Of a stretch of 64,000 nt of DNA, positions 30,895 through 42,656 are shown piece by piece. The stretch is from contig JBFFGE010000001.1 of the NCBI GenBank assembly GCA_041557595.1, forward strand, positions 934-64,933, written 5' to 3'. This stretch comes from Alphaproteobacteria bacterium. GTDB taxonomy: Bacteria > Pseudomonadota > Alphaproteobacteria > UBA8366. The notes beneath the pieces were generated by a model. The model was not told where the DNA came from. It ran no database searches and saw nothing but the letters and a program-made list of their open reading frames with translations. Position 1 is the first letter of the stretch. Each line of letters opens with the position of its first letter. A program made the translations under genes and the position numbers.

Positions 30895-32328
30895 ATGACC
30901 GAGATAATCGAAACGGATATCTGCATTATCGGTGCGGGCTCGGGCGGCTTGTCGGTGGCTGCCGGAGCATCGCAAATGGGTGCCCGCACCGTATTGATCG
31001 AAAAAGGCAAAATGGGTGGCGATTGCCTGAATTACGGCTGCGTGCCGTCCAAGGCGCTGATCGCCGCCGGACACGCGGCGCAGGCGATCCGCGGCAGCGA
31101 CCGGTTCGGCATCGCGGCCAGCGAGCCCAGCGTCGATTTCCAAGCCGTGCACGACCATGTCCAGGGGGTCATCGACACCATCGCACCGAACGATTCCGTG
31201 GCGCGATTCGAAGGACTCGGCGTCACCGTTATCCAGGGCGAAGGCCGCTTCACCGGCCCGCGCGAAGTGACGGCGGACGGCAAACAAATCCGCGCGAAAT
31301 ATTTCGTCGTCGCCACGGGCTCGTCGGCCGGCGTGCCGCCGATCCCCGGCATCGACCAGGTTCCCTACATGACGAATGAAACCGTGTTCGAGCTGACCGA
31401 GCGGCCGGACCATCTCATCGTCATCGGCGGCGGCCCGATCGGCAGCGAACTGGCGCAGGCGCACCGCCGGCTGGGCGCGCGCGTGACGATCCTGGAGATG
31501 TTCGCCGTTCTCGGCAAGGACGACCCGGAAGTCACCGACGTGGTCAAACGCCGGATGCGCGACGAAGGCATCGATCTTCGCGAAGGAACCGCGATCAAGC
31601 AGATCGACCGCCAGGGCGACGCCATCGCGGTCACGATCGAGAAAGACGGCACGTCGGAGATCATCACCGGGTCGCACCTGCTCGTCGCCGCCGGGCGCTC
31701 GCCCAATCTCGCCGGATTGGATCTTGAAGCGGCCGGCATCGACTCTTCGAAGGCTGGCATCGGGGTGGACGCCCGGCTGCGTACCAGCAACAAGCGGGTG
31801 TTCGCCATCGGCGATGTGGCCGGCGGCTATCAGTTTACCCATATGGCCGGCTATCACGCGGGCATCGTGATCCGCAATGCGCTGTTCAAATTACCCGCCA
31901 AGGTCAACTACGGCGCGGTCCCCTGGGTCACCTATACCGATCCGGAAATCGCGCATGTGGGCCAGACCGAGGCGCAGGCGAAGGAAAAACTGGGCAAGGA
32001 TATCCGCATTCTGCGCTTCGCCTTCCACGAAAACGACCGCGCCCAGGCGGAACGCGAAACGGAAGGCCTGATCAAGGTGGTGACCGACAAGCGCGGCCGC
32101 GTGCTCGGCGCGTCGATCGCCGGCGCGCGCGCGGGCGATCTCCTCCTGCCGTGGGTCATGGCGGTTGCCCAGAAGCAAAAGATCGGCACGATGGCGAGTT
32201 TGATCGCGCCCTATCCAACGCTCAGCGAAGTCTCCAAACGCGCGGCCGGAAGCTATTTTATCCCCTCGCTGTTCAGCGAGCGCACCCGCAAAATAGTGCG
32301 GTTCCTGCTGAAATACTGGCCGTGGTGA
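30895..32328 (+). CDS. FAD-dependent pyridine nucleotide-disulfide oxidoreductase (dihydrolipoyl dehydrogenase / mercuric reductase-like)
   Basis: IIGAGSGG, redox-active GGDCLNYGCVPSK, and a second dinucleotide fold VIGGGPIGSE. Confidence 0.85.
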   Translation: MTEIIETDICIIGAGSGGLSVAAGASQMGARTVLIEKGKMGGDCLNYGCVPSKALIAAGHAAQAIRGSDRFGIAASEPSVDFQAVHDHVQGVIDTIAPNDSVARFEGLGVTVIQGEGRFTGPREVTADGKQIRAKYFVVATGSSAGVPPIPGIDQVPYMTNETVFELTERPDHLIVIGGGPIGSELAQAHRRLGARVTILEMFAVLGKDDPEVTDVVKRRMRDEGIDLREGTAIKQIDRQGDAIAVTIEKDGTSEIITGSHLLVAAGRSPNLAGLDLEAAGIDSSKAGIGVDARLRTSNKRVFAIGDVAGGYQFTHMAGYHAGIVIRNALFKLPAKVNYGAVPWVTYTDPEIAHVGQTEAQAKEKLGKDIRILRFAFHENDRAQAERETEGLIKVVTDKRGRVLGASIAGARAGDLLLPWVMAVAQKQKIGTMASLIAPYPTLSEVSKRAAGSYFIPSLFSERTRKIVRFLLKYWPW

Positions 32329-32332
32329 GCGT

Positions 32333-33121
32333 TTAGCCGGGCCCGAGCCCGTAGGGTTTAGCCCAGCTCAGCCCTTCCAGCGTATTTTCCTTCGGCGCGT
32401 ATTCGCACCCGACCCAGCCGTCATAGCCGAGCGCGTCGATGACATCGAACATGAACGGCATGTTGACCTCGCCGAATTGCGGCTCGTGGCGGCCGGGCAG
32501 GCTGGAAAACTGAATATGGCGGATCAGGTCGAGATTGCGGCGCAATCCCTCGGCCAAGTTCCCTTCCATGATTTGCATGTGATAGAGGTCGTACTGCAAA
32601 TAGATATTGTCGCCGCCCACCGCCTCGATGATCCGCCTTGCATGCGCCGTATCGGTGTGCAAATAGCCGGGCGCATCCTGAAGGTTCAGCGGTTCGAGCA
32701 GCAGGGTCACGCCTTTACCCTTGGCGACCTCGCCCGCCACGCGAAGATTCTCGACGAAGACCTCCTCGCACGCCACCGCCGGCACGTCGTCCGGCACCAC
32801 GCCCGCCATCAAATGCATCATCGTCGCGCCCAGACCGTTCGCGTATTCCAGCGCCAGGTCGAGACTCTCGCGGAACTCCCCTTCCCGGCCCGGCAGGGCC
32901 GCCATGCCCTTTTCGCCCGCCTCGCTATCGCCCGGCGGCGAATTCAACAGCAATAACTCCAGCCCCGAATCGTCCAGCCACTGCCGCACCGACGCCAGGG
33001 GAAATTTATAGGGACGGAGAAATTCGACGGCGCGGAAACCCACATCGCGCGCGGCGGCGAACCGTTCGGGCGCCTCGAGTTCCGGAAACATTGTCGTCAG
33101 ATTGGCAGCAAATTTCGGCAT
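32333..33121 (-). CDS. hydroxypyruvate isomerase-family TIM-barrel protein
   Basis: ORF trimmed to MPKFAANLTTMFPE. Hyi-like N-terminus and overall length. Confidence 0.75.
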   Translation of the reverse strand: MPKFAANLTTMFPELEAPERFAAARDVGFRAVEFLRPYKFPLASVRQWLDDSGLELLLLNSPPGDSEAGEKGMAALPGREGEFRESLDLALEYANGLGATMMHLMAGVVPDDVPAVACEEVFVENLRVAGEVAKGKGVTLLLEPLNLQDAPGYLHTDTAHARRIIEAVGGDNIYLQYDLYHMQIMEGNLAEGLRRNLDLIRHIQFSSLPGRHEPQFGEVNMPFMFDVIDALGYDGWVGCEYAPKENTLEGLSWAKPYGLGPG

Positions 33122-33169
33122 GGGCCTCCCCTTCAAAGATAAAGGAGGCCTCTACCAACAAAAACGATT

Positions 33170-33254
33170 GTCATTCCGGACGGCCCACCGCCGATCCGGA
33201 ACGCACCAACTTCTGTGTATTCCCGCTTTCGCGGGAATGACGCCGTTCTTGAAT
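33170..33254 (+). repeat. intergenic repeat family 3, copy 1
   Basis: GTCATTCCGGACGGC..CGCCGATCCGGAA...ATTCCCGCTTTCGCGGGAATGACGCC. The ends are mutually complementary. Confidence 0.8.
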
Positions 33255-33313
33255 GGCCGCTATCTGCAGAGGTCTCCACTAAGGGCGATGGTACCGTCTG
33301 GACGGCACGCTGT

Positions 33314-34183
33314 CTAAGCCAGGCGCTCGCGCATCAAATCGCCCGCCTGGGACGGCGAATCCATCACTGCGACGCCCGCCGCCTCGAAGGCCGATTTCTT
33401 GGAGGCGTAAGTGCCCTTGTCGCCGACCACGATGGCGCCGGCATGCCCCATTTTCTTGCCTTCCGGCGAGGCCGCGCCGGCGATAAACGACACCATCGGC
33501 TTCTTCATGCCGGCGGCGTATTCGGCGGCTTCCTCTTCCATCGTGCCGCCGATCTCGCCAACGATGACGATGCCATCGGTCCCCTCATCGGCGTCGAGCT
33601 GCTGCAGCGCCGCCAGCGTCGTGGTGCCGATAATCGGGTCGCCTCCGATGCCGATAAAGGCCGATGTCCCCATCCCGGCTTCGACCACTTTCATGCAGAT
33701 GAAAGTCCCGAGGCTACCGCTGCGCGATATGACGCCGATCCGGCCCGGCCGCATTATGCGCTCGTTGAAGGCCGGCATGAAGCCGACGAAACTCTCACCG
33801 GTCGTCACCACGCCGGTGGTGTTGGGGCCGATAACCTGACAGCCCGCCTCGTCGGCCGCGGCCAAGAAATACATCACGTCCTGCACCGGAATGTGTTCGG
33901 TCAGGCAGACGATTTTCTTGACGCCGGCGTCGATCGCATCGAGCGCCGCCGCCTTGGCGCCGAGCGGCGGAATGAACATCACCGCCACCTCGAACCCCTT
34001 GTCGGCCATGGCGTCCTTGGCGGTGGCATAGACCGGCAGCCCGATATGCTCGGTGCCCGCCTTCCTCGGATTGACGCCGCCCATAATCTCGGTGCCGTAC
34101 TCCATCATCCGTTCCGACCAGAAAGTGCCCTGCTTGCCGGTCAGCCCCTGAACCAGGACCCGCTCTCCCTTGCGAACGATCAT
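33314..34183 (-). CDS. succinyl-CoA synthetase alpha-subunit-like (CoA-binding) protein
   Basis: VLVQGLTGKQG and GHAGAIV (phosphohistidine loop). ATGA overlap with the beta-like gene. Confidence 0.85.
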   Translation of the reverse strand: MIVRKGERVLVQGLTGKQGTFWSERMMEYGTEIMGGVNPRKAGTEHIGLPVYATAKDAMADKGFEVAVMFIPPLGAKAAALDAIDAGVKKIVCLTEHIPVQDVMYFLAAADEAGCQVIGPNTTGVVTTGESFVGFMPAFNERIMRPGRIGVISRSGSLGTFICMKVVEAGMGTSAFIGIGGDPIIGTTTLAALQQLDADEGTDGIVIVGEIGGTMEEEAAEYAAGMKKPMVSFIAGAASPEGKKMGHAGAIVVGDKGTYASKKSAFEAAGVAVMDSPSQAGDLMRERLA

Positions 34184-35304
34184 TTCGCCGCCTCCACCGC
34201 CGCGATCACGGCGTCATCCATCTTGTCATAAGGCTCCATGCCGAGCCGGTCCCGCACCAGGGCGACCGCCTCGTCCTCGCCGGTGCCATGGATCGAGAAA
34301 AATACCGGCAGGTCGGGTTTCAACTCCTCCCAGGCGGCGACGATTCCTTCCGCCATCACATCGGTGCGGGCAAACGCGCCGCAGAAATTGACCAGCAGGC
34401 TCTTGATCTTCGGGTTCGCCATGACGAGCTCGAGCGCCGGTTTGCCCAGCGTATACGCTTCGCCGCCGATCTCGAGAAAATTGGCCGGCGCGCCGCCGTA
34501 ATACCGCACCATATCCATCGTCGTCATGGTCAGCCCGGCGCCGTTGGCGAGGATGCCAACACTTCCGTCGAGATCGATATACTTGAGGCCCGATCTCGCC
34601 GCGCGCGCTTCAAGACCGGTAAGCTTCTCCGCAGCGGCCTTGCCGCGCAGCTCCGGTTGCCGAACCGCGCCCGAATCCTCCAGGGTGAATTTGCAGTCGA
34701 GCGCGATCAGATCGCCGCTTCCGGTCACCACAAGGGGATTGACCTCGACCAGTTCGCCATCGTTTTCCGCATATACCCTGTACAATTTGGCCAGGACGTC
34801 CGCCACCGGCGCGGCGCGGTCGCCCAATTCGAGCGGCGCCAGCATCGTCTCAAGCGCCGCGGCGGCCACACCCTTGCGAATATCGACAGCCAGCCGCACG
34901 ATCTTGTCAGGGTGGTCGGCCGCAACCTCCTCGATATCCATGCCGCCCTCGGTCGAGAACATGATGAGCGGCCCCTTGCTCGCCTGATCGGTCATCACGG
35001 CCGCGTAGTATTCCGCCGCGATATCCGCCTGCGCCTCCACCAGCACCTTTTCGACCGTATGGACGCCGATCGACATGCCGAGGATCTGGTGCGCCGCCGC
35101 CTCCGCCTCTTCCGGCGAATGCGCGAGCTTGATACCGCCGGCCTTGCCGCGCTTTCCGGTCGGCACCTGCGCCTTGACCACGCACGGGCCAATGCGGGCG
35201 GCCTGCGCCGCCGCGTCGGACGGGCTTGCCGCCAGCCCGCTGTCAGGGACAGCGATCCCTGCGGCGACAAGCAAAGGCTTCGCCGCGTATTCCTCGAAAT
35301 CCAT
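34180..35304 (-). CDS. succinyl-CoA synthetase beta-subunit-like (ATP-grasp) protein
   Basis: 374 aa with VVKAQVPTGKRGKAGGIKLA and GILANGAGLTMTTMD. Confidence 0.85.
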   Translation of the reverse strand: MDFEEYAAKPLLVAAGIAVPDSGLAASPSDAAAQAARIGPCVVKAQVPTGKRGKAGGIKLAHSPEEAEAAAHQILGMSIGVHTVEKVLVEAQADIAAEYYAAVMTDQASKGPLIMFSTEGGMDIEEVAADHPDKIVRLAVDIRKGVAAAALETMLAPLELGDRAAPVADVLAKLYRVYAENDGELVEVNPLVVTGSGDLIALDCKFTLEDSGAVRQPELRGKAAAEKLTGLEARAARSGLKYIDLDGSVGILANGAGLTMTTMDMVRYYGGAPANFLEIGGEAYTLGKPALELVMANPKIKSLLVNFCGAFARTDVMAEGIVAAWEELKPDLPVFFSIHGTGEDEAVALVRDRLGMEPYDKMDDAVIAAVEAAK

Positions 35305-35308
35305 GAAT

Positions 35309-36748
35309 TTACTTCCCGTAGCGTTCCCAGTGACCGCCGAACAGTTCCTGTTCGCTCGGCTTATCCTCGGGGATTTCCGTTACCAGATGGGTGATGTTTA
35401 TGAAATGGCGCCAGCTGAGGTTTTCCGAAATGGAGTTCCCGGCCCAGGTGCCGCATCCCATCGACAGGGTAAAGTCCAGCCCGTTCGTGAAAGAACCGCC
35501 ATTGCCGAATGTATGCGCCTGATTGACCAGCACGCGCACCACCTTCAGTTCCTCGGCGAGCGCGCGATAGTGATCCGCGTTCCTGGTATGGATGCCGACC
35601 GAGTGCCCGGCCCCCTGATAATCCAGGATCGCCTGCACATGGTCTTTGGCCGCGTCGAAATTCCTGGCCTTGTATATCGTCAGCGCCAGCGAGAGTTTCT
35701 CGCCCGAAAACGGGTGGTCGTCGCCGACTCCGCTATCCTCGACCATGAAGAATTTCGCCCCCTTCGCCGCCTCCGGCAGACCGCACAACTTGGCGAAGAC
35801 CGCGGGATCGCGGGCAATGATATGGCGGTTCAGATGGCCGTCCTGCCACAGCGCGTCCTGGATTTTCCGGCATTCCTCCGGCGTGGCACGATAGCCGCCG
35901 GCACGTTCCAGTGCCGCGATGGCGTCCTCGTAGACTTCCTCCACGATGGTGACCGAGTTTTCCGACGAGCACGACGTCGCGTTGTCGAAGATCTTGGACG
36001 CACAGATTTTCTGCGCCGCGTCGTCCAGATCCGCCGTCGAATCGATGATCACCGGCACATTTCCCGCGCCCACGCCGATCGCCGGCGTGCCGCTGGAATA
36101 GGCGGCCCGTACATTGTTCTGGCTGCCGGTCACGACAACGAGGTCGACCGCCTTCATCAGGGCCTGGGTCATTTCCTTCGATACGGGCTTCGGCAGCATC
36201 TGCACGAGATCCTCGGGCATGCCGATTTTCTTGAGTTCGGCCCGCATGTAGTCGACCGTCTTTTCGGTGGTGGCGTAGCCGGAAGGCGACGCCGCGATGA
36301 TCACCGCGTTCCCGCCTTTGACGGCCATCATCGCCTTATTGACGGGGGTCGCCGCCGGGTTGGTCGACGGCGTCACCGCGCCCACCACGCCGACCGGTTT
36401 CGCGTATTTGACGATGCCCTTGGCCTTGTCTTCCTCGATCACACCCACCGTCCGGGCGCGCATGAGGTCCCGCAAAGTGCCGAAAGTTTTCCGGGTGTTT
36501 TTCGTGACCTTATCATCGGCATTACCCAACCCGGTGTCGAGAACCGCCAGTTCGGCCAGTTCCCGGGCGCGTTCGGGCTTGTAGATCGACCACGCCAAGG
36601 CGGTGACCGCCTCGTCAATACGCGCCTGTCCGGCGTTCTCTATTTCCTGCATGGCCCGGCGCGCCTTCTGCACGACCGCATCGACGGCGGCGGCGGCCTG
36701 CGCGGGCTCGGGTTTCGCGGGTTTCGGATCGGCGAGCGCTTGCGACAT
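35309..36748 (-). CDS. CoA-acylating aldehyde dehydrogenase (EutE/PduP/acylating SSADH-like)
   Basis: VGAVTPSTNPAATP and the catalytic NATSCSSENS cysteine region. ATG 36748 has a GGAG upstream. The stop is 4 nt before the next gene. Confidence 0.8.
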   Translation of the reverse strand: MSQALADPKPAKPEPAQAAAAVDAVVQKARRAMQEIENAGQARIDEAVTALAWSIYKPERARELAELAVLDTGLGNADDKVTKNTRKTFGTLRDLMRARTVGVIEEDKAKGIVKYAKPVGVVGAVTPSTNPAATPVNKAMMAVKGGNAVIIAASPSGYATTEKTVDYMRAELKKIGMPEDLVQMLPKPVSKEMTQALMKAVDLVVVTGSQNNVRAAYSSGTPAIGVGAGNVPVIIDSTADLDDAAQKICASKIFDNATSCSSENSVTIVEEVYEDAIAALERAGGYRATPEECRKIQDALWQDGHLNRHIIARDPAVFAKLCGLPEAAKGAKFFMVEDSGVGDDHPFSGEKLSLALTIYKARNFDAAKDHVQAILDYQGAGHSVGIHTRNADHYRALAEELKVVRVLVNQAHTFGNGGSFTNGLDFTLSMGCGTWAGNSISENLSWRHFINITHLVTEIPEDKPSEQELFGGHWERYGK

Positions 36749-36809
36749 TCTCAACTCCAACTCGTGGCAGGGCCGCACCGGACGGCGCGACCGTTGACTA
36801 TTGCGATGG

Positions 36810-37706
36810 CTAGAAAGGGCGGGCGCCCTTGATTTGCGTGCGATGCATGATGCGCCGCGTGTTCTGGTCGAATGAATCCCGCCGATGCATGGCGCAGCGA
36901 TTGTCCCAAATCAACGCATCGCCGAGCCGCCATTGATGATGCCAGGTAAATTCCGGGCGGGTGGCATGTGCCCAGATTTCATCGAGCAGATCTTCCGACT
37001 CCTCGACGGGCAACCCCATGATATAGGCGTGCCGGCGGCGCCCCAGATAGAGCGCCTTGCGGCCGGATTCCGGATGGGTGCGAACGATCGGATGCACCGC
37101 GCCAGGGCAGCTGGCGACATCGGTTACCGGTTCGGCGCCGTGGCGCAGGAATCCGCCGCTATTCGTGCTGGCGTCGTGTTTTATCCTCATCCCTTCGATC
37201 CGCTTCAGCAGATTCTCGGGCAAATTCTCCAACGCCTGATACATGTTGCAGAAGCCCGTATCGCCCCCATGCGGCGGAATTTCCAGCGCGGACAACACGC
37301 TGCCGGTCGGCGGCTCGTCGATATAGTTCATATCCGTATGCCAAACCGCCTCGGCATTGCTCAGCGCCCCGATCGGCATGCCGTTTTCGATAACATTGGA
37401 GAGGATCAACACCTCCGGATAGCCCTCGACGCCGACCTGGCCGTTTTCGTTCGGCGGTGCGATGTCCAGATCGCCGAATCGCCGGCTGAACGCTACGAGT
37501 GCCGCATCGCTGAGATGCTGATCGCGGAACAGCAGGACACAATGGTCAAGCCATGCGCGGTGCACAAATTCGAAAGTAGAGGCATCGATCTTTGCGAGGT
37601 CGACGCCGCGAACCTCCGCACCGATCGCGGGGGACAGCGGGATAATTTCCGGTGCCGCCGGCCTTCCGGCTGCCGACCGATCCGCCGCCTCGGAATGTAG
37701 GTTCAT
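36810..37706 (-). CDS. TauD/TfdA-family Fe(II)/2-oxoglutarate dioxygenase (paralogue 2)
   Basis: GAEVRGVDLA, WHTDMNY (HxD), NRCAMHRRD. ATG 37706 preferred to the in-frame TTG at 37718. Confidence 0.85.
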   Translation of the reverse strand: MNLHSEAADRSAAGRPAAPEIIPLSPAIGAEVRGVDLAKIDASTFEFVHRAWLDHCVLLFRDQHLSDAALVAFSRRFGDLDIAPPNENGQVGVEGYPEVLILSNVIENGMPIGALSNAEAVWHTDMNYIDEPPTGSVLSALEIPPHGGDTGFCNMYQALENLPENLLKRIEGMRIKHDASTNSGGFLRHGAEPVTDVASCPGAVHPIVRTHPESGRKALYLGRRRHAYIMGLPVEESEDLLDEIWAHATRPEFTWHHQWRLGDALIWDNRCAMHRRDSFDQNTRRIMHRTQIKGARPF

Positions 37707-37795
37707 GCGCGCCCCCAAAAGGCAAAAATTCCATTTATCAACACATACCGTTCCATTTTATGCAAATTTTGTAAACCAAAACCAAGCCATTCGGG

Positions 37796-37829
37796 CAAGA
37801 AAAAGGGCCACGATCACCGACCGTGGCCC
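37796..37829 (-). terminator. rho-independent terminator downstream of groEL
   Basis: On the minus strand: GGGCCACG-gtcggtgat-CGTGGCCC followed by TTTTTCTT. Perfect 8-bp GC-rich stem. Confidence 0.75.
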
Positions 37830-37866
37830 CTTCAAGCCCGAAACCGGGCCATTTTTCGTCAGGTGG

Positions 37867-39522
<1,656 letters not shown>

Positions 39523-39527
39523 TTAAA

Positions 39528-39848
39528 TCAAGCCGCCTTTTTCTTCGGCTTGGATTTTGCCGCATCGAATACGGCCATGATGTCGCTTTCCTTCATGATC
39601 AACAGGTCTTCGCCGTCGATCTTGACCTCGGTGCCGGACCACTTGCCGAAAAGCACCCGGTCGCCCTTCTTGACGTCCAGCGGCACCAGATTGCCTTTTT
39701 CGTCGCGTGCGCCCGCCCCGACGGCAACGATCTCGCCCTGCGTGGGCTTTTCCGCAGCCGTATCCGGAATGATGATGCCGCCAGCGGTTTTCTGGTCTTC
39801 GTCGAGCCGACGAACTGCGACACGATCATGCAAAGGTCTGAATTTCAT
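39528..39848 (-). CDS. groS: co-chaperonin GroES
   Basis: [23 protein letters not shown] mobile loop. GGAGG ribosome-binding site. Confidence 0.95.
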   Translation of the reverse strand: MKFRPLHDRVAVRRLDEDQKTAGGIIIPDTAAEKPTQGEIVAVGAGARDEKGNLVPLDVKKGDRVLFGKWSGTEVKIDGEDLLIMKESDIMAVFDAAKSKPKKKAA

Positions 39849-39918
39849 TGATAATCCTCCTGCCCTTTATCGGGCTATCCCCGTATAAGTTGATGCTCCT
39901 CACGAGCCGGTGGATGCT

Positions 39919-39945
39919 TTAGCACTCATCGGCTCGGAGTGCTAG
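39919..39945 (-). promoter_or_regulatory. CIRCE operator (HrcA binding site) upstream of groES
   Basis: TTAGCACTC-N9-GAGTGCTAG. This matches the CIRCE consensus TTAGCACTC-N9-GAGTGCTAA at 17 of 18 positions. Confidence 0.85.
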
Positions 39946-40112
39946 AGCACATAATCAACCGGCGGCGGATGTTCAAGCAGCTGCCGAAAAAAAAGTGCCC
40001 ACGGCGATGAAATCGGAATCCGCAGGACAGCCAAAGCAGCTGTTGCTAGGTTGGCGGCACGGGATCCTCCGTTCCCGGGCGACGGTCAGCGACGCAGGAG
40101 GGACCATTCGAC

Positions 40113-41483
40113 ATGACGACCGCAGGCAGCATCCTCGACCTGATCGGCAACACGCCGCTGGTCGAACTCCGCAACATCGATACCGGCCCGTGCCGGCTCT
40201 TCGTCAAACTGGAAAACCAGAATCCCGGTGGATCGATCAAGGATCGCATCGGACGATCGATGATCGAAGCGGCGGAGCTGAGCGGGCAGCTCAAGCCGGG
40301 CGGCACGATCGTCGAAGCGACCGCCGGCAACACCGGGCTCGGCCTCGCGCTCGTCGCCGGCCAGAAGGGCTACAAGCTGCTGCTCGTCATTCCGGACAAG
40401 ATGAGCCAGGAGAAGATCTTTAACCTCGAGGCGATGGGAGTCGAGATCGTGCTCACCCGGTCCGACGTGGGCAAGGGCCACCCCGAATACTATCAGGACA
40501 AGGCGGCGGAAATCGTCCGCACCACGCCGGGCGCCGTGCATGTCAATCAGTTCGAGAACCAGGCGAACCCGCTGGCCCATGAGACCGAGACCGGGCCGGA
40601 AATCTGGTCGCAGATGGGACACGACGTGGACGCGGTGGTCTGCGGCGTCGGTTCCGGCGGCACGATCACCGGGCTGAGCCGGTTTTTCGAACGGGTCAGC
40701 CCGCAAACCGAGATGATCCTTGCCGATCCCAAGGGATCCATCCTGGCCGACTATGTGGAGACCGGCGAGTTGAGAACCGACGTGGGAAGCTGGCTCGTGG
40801 AAGGTATCGGCGAGGATTTCATCCCGCCGGTCTGCGACCTGTCGCGCGTCAAGAAGGCCTATGTGGTGGACGATGCGGAAAGCTTTATGACCGCCCGCGA
40901 AATACTCGAGAAGGAAGGCATCCTGGCGGGCACTTCGTCGGGCACCTTAATTGCCGCGGCGCTGCGGTACTGTCGCGAACAGACCGAACCCCGCCGCGTC
41001 GTGACGTTCGTGTGCGACAGTGGCAACAAATACCTGTCGAAGGCGTTCAACGATTACTGGATGCTCGACCAAGGCCTGATCAAGCGAAAGCGCCACGGCG
41101 ATTTGCGCGACATCATCTCGCGCCCCTTCGACGAAGGCGGCACCATCACGGCGGCACCCGGCGACACCTTGATGGCCGCGTATTCCCGGATGAAGCTCTA
41201 CGACATTTCCCAATTGCCGGTCGTCGAGCAGGGCGATCTCGTCGGCATCGTCCACGAATCCGATATCCTGCTCGCGGTTTATGACAATGAAGACCAGTTT
41301 TCCCAGCCGGTGAAGGATGCCATGACGACCCGGCTGGAAACCGTGGACGTCGCCGCGTCCATTCAGGATCTGCTGCCGATTTTCGAACATGGGCATGTGG
41401 CGATCGTGAAGGACAAAGATCAATTTCTCGGCTTGATCACCCGCATCGACCTGCTGAACTACTTACGCCGGAGCACCGCATGA
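40113..41483 (+). CDS. cystathionine beta-synthase (PLP domain plus C-terminal CBS pair)
   Basis: LENQNPGGSIKDR, TAGNTGLGLA. C-terminal CBS-domain pattern (ISQLPVV, GIVHESDIL). Confidence 0.9.
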   Translation: MTTAGSILDLIGNTPLVELRNIDTGPCRLFVKLENQNPGGSIKDRIGRSMIEAAELSGQLKPGGTIVEATAGNTGLGLALVAGQKGYKLLLVIPDKMSQEKIFNLEAMGVEIVLTRSDVGKGHPEYYQDKAAEIVRTTPGAVHVNQFENQANPLAHETETGPEIWSQMGHDVDAVVCGVGSGGTITGLSRFFERVSPQTEMILADPKGSILADYVETGELRTDVGSWLVEGIGEDFIPPVCDLSRVKKAYVVDDAESFMTAREILEKEGILAGTSSGTLIAAALRYCREQTEPRRVVTFVCDSGNKYLSKAFNDYWMLDQGLIKRKRHGDLRDIISRPFDEGGTITAAPGDTLMAAYSRMKLYDISQLPVVEQGDLVGIVHESDILLAVYDNEDQFSQPVKDAMTTRLETVDVAASIQDLLPIFEHGHVAIVKDKDQFLGLITRIDLLNYLRRSTA

Positions 41484-42655
41484 GCACCCCGAAACATCCG
41501 AACGAACCGCCCCGCGGTTTTTCCACCGACGCGGTACATGCCGGGCAGAGCCCGGACCCGGTTACCGGCGCGGTCTGGACGCCGATTTACACGTCGACCA
41601 CCTATGTCCAGGAAAGCCCGGGCGTCCACAAGGGCTATGAGTACAGCCGCAGCCACAACCCGACCCGCCAAGCCTTCGAACGGTGTATTGCCTCCTTGGA
41701 GGCGGGGACCGCCGGTTACGCCTTCGCATCGGGCATGGCCGCCACGTCGACCATCCTGGAATGCCTCGATAGCGGCGCGCATATCGTCGCCAGCGACGAT
41801 TTGTATGGCGGTACCTATCGCCTTTTCGAGCGGGTGCGCACACGGTCCTCGGGCCTTCGGTTCAGCTTCGTCGACATTTCCGACCGGACGGCACTGGAGG
41901 CGGCGCTGACGCCCGAGACCCGCATGATCTGGGTCGAGACGCCGTCCAACCCGCTGCTCAAGCTGGTCGACCTGGAAATGATCGCCGATGTGGCGCGCTC
42001 GCGCGGCATCCTGACCGTGGCGGACAATACTTTCGCCACCCCTTGGACCCAACGGCCGCTCGAATTCGGCTTCGACCTGGTGGTGCATTCGGCAACCAAA
42101 TACATCAACGGCCACTCCGACGTGGTCGCGGGCATTGCCGTCGTCGGCGACAATGCCGAGCTCGCCGAACAAATGGGATTCCTGCAAAACGCCGTCGGCG
42201 GCATCGCCGGGCCGTTCGACAGCTATATGGCGCTGCGCGGCGTCAAGACGCTGGCACTCCGCATGCAGCGGCATTGCGACAGCGCCCGGCAAATCGCCGC
42301 GTGGCTCGAAGGCCACCCGGCCATCGAACGGGTTTTCTATCCGGGACTCGAGAGCCACCCGCAGCACCCGCTGGCAAAAAAACAGATGCGCGATTTCGGC
42401 GGCATGGTGTCCGCCGTCATCAAGGGCGGGTTGGACCCGACGCGCAGGTTTCTCGAGCGATGCCGGCTCTTTGCGCTGGCCGAAAGCCTGGGCGGCGTCG
42501 AAAGCCTGATCGAGCATCCGGCGATCATGACCCATGCCAGCATCCCGCCGGAGATGCGCGCCGAGCTCGGCATCGACGACGGGCTGGTCCGGCTGTCGGT
42601 CGGCATCGAAGATCTCGACGACCTGATCGCCGATCTCGACACGGCACTGTCGTAA
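41480..42655 (+). CDS. cystathionine gamma-lyase (Cys/Met-metabolism PLP enzyme)
   Basis: YSRSHNPTR, SATKYINGHSD (PLP lysine). ATGA overlap with the CBS gene. Confidence 0.85.
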   Translation: MSTPKHPNEPPRGFSTDAVHAGQSPDPVTGAVWTPIYTSTTYVQESPGVHKGYEYSRSHNPTRQAFERCIASLEAGTAGYAFASGMAATSTILECLDSGAHIVASDDLYGGTYRLFERVRTRSSGLRFSFVDISDRTALEAALTPETRMIWVETPSNPLLKLVDLEMIADVARSRGILTVADNTFATPWTQRPLEFGFDLVVHSATKYINGHSDVVAGIAVVGDNAELAEQMGFLQNAVGGIAGPFDSYMALRGVKTLALRMQRHCDSARQIAAWLEGHPAIERVFYPGLESHPQHPLAKKQMRDFGGMVSAVIKGGLDPTRRFLERCRLFALAESLGGVESLIEHPAIMTHASIPPEMRAELGIDDGLVRLSVGIEDLDDLIADLDTALS

Positions 42656-42656
42656 A

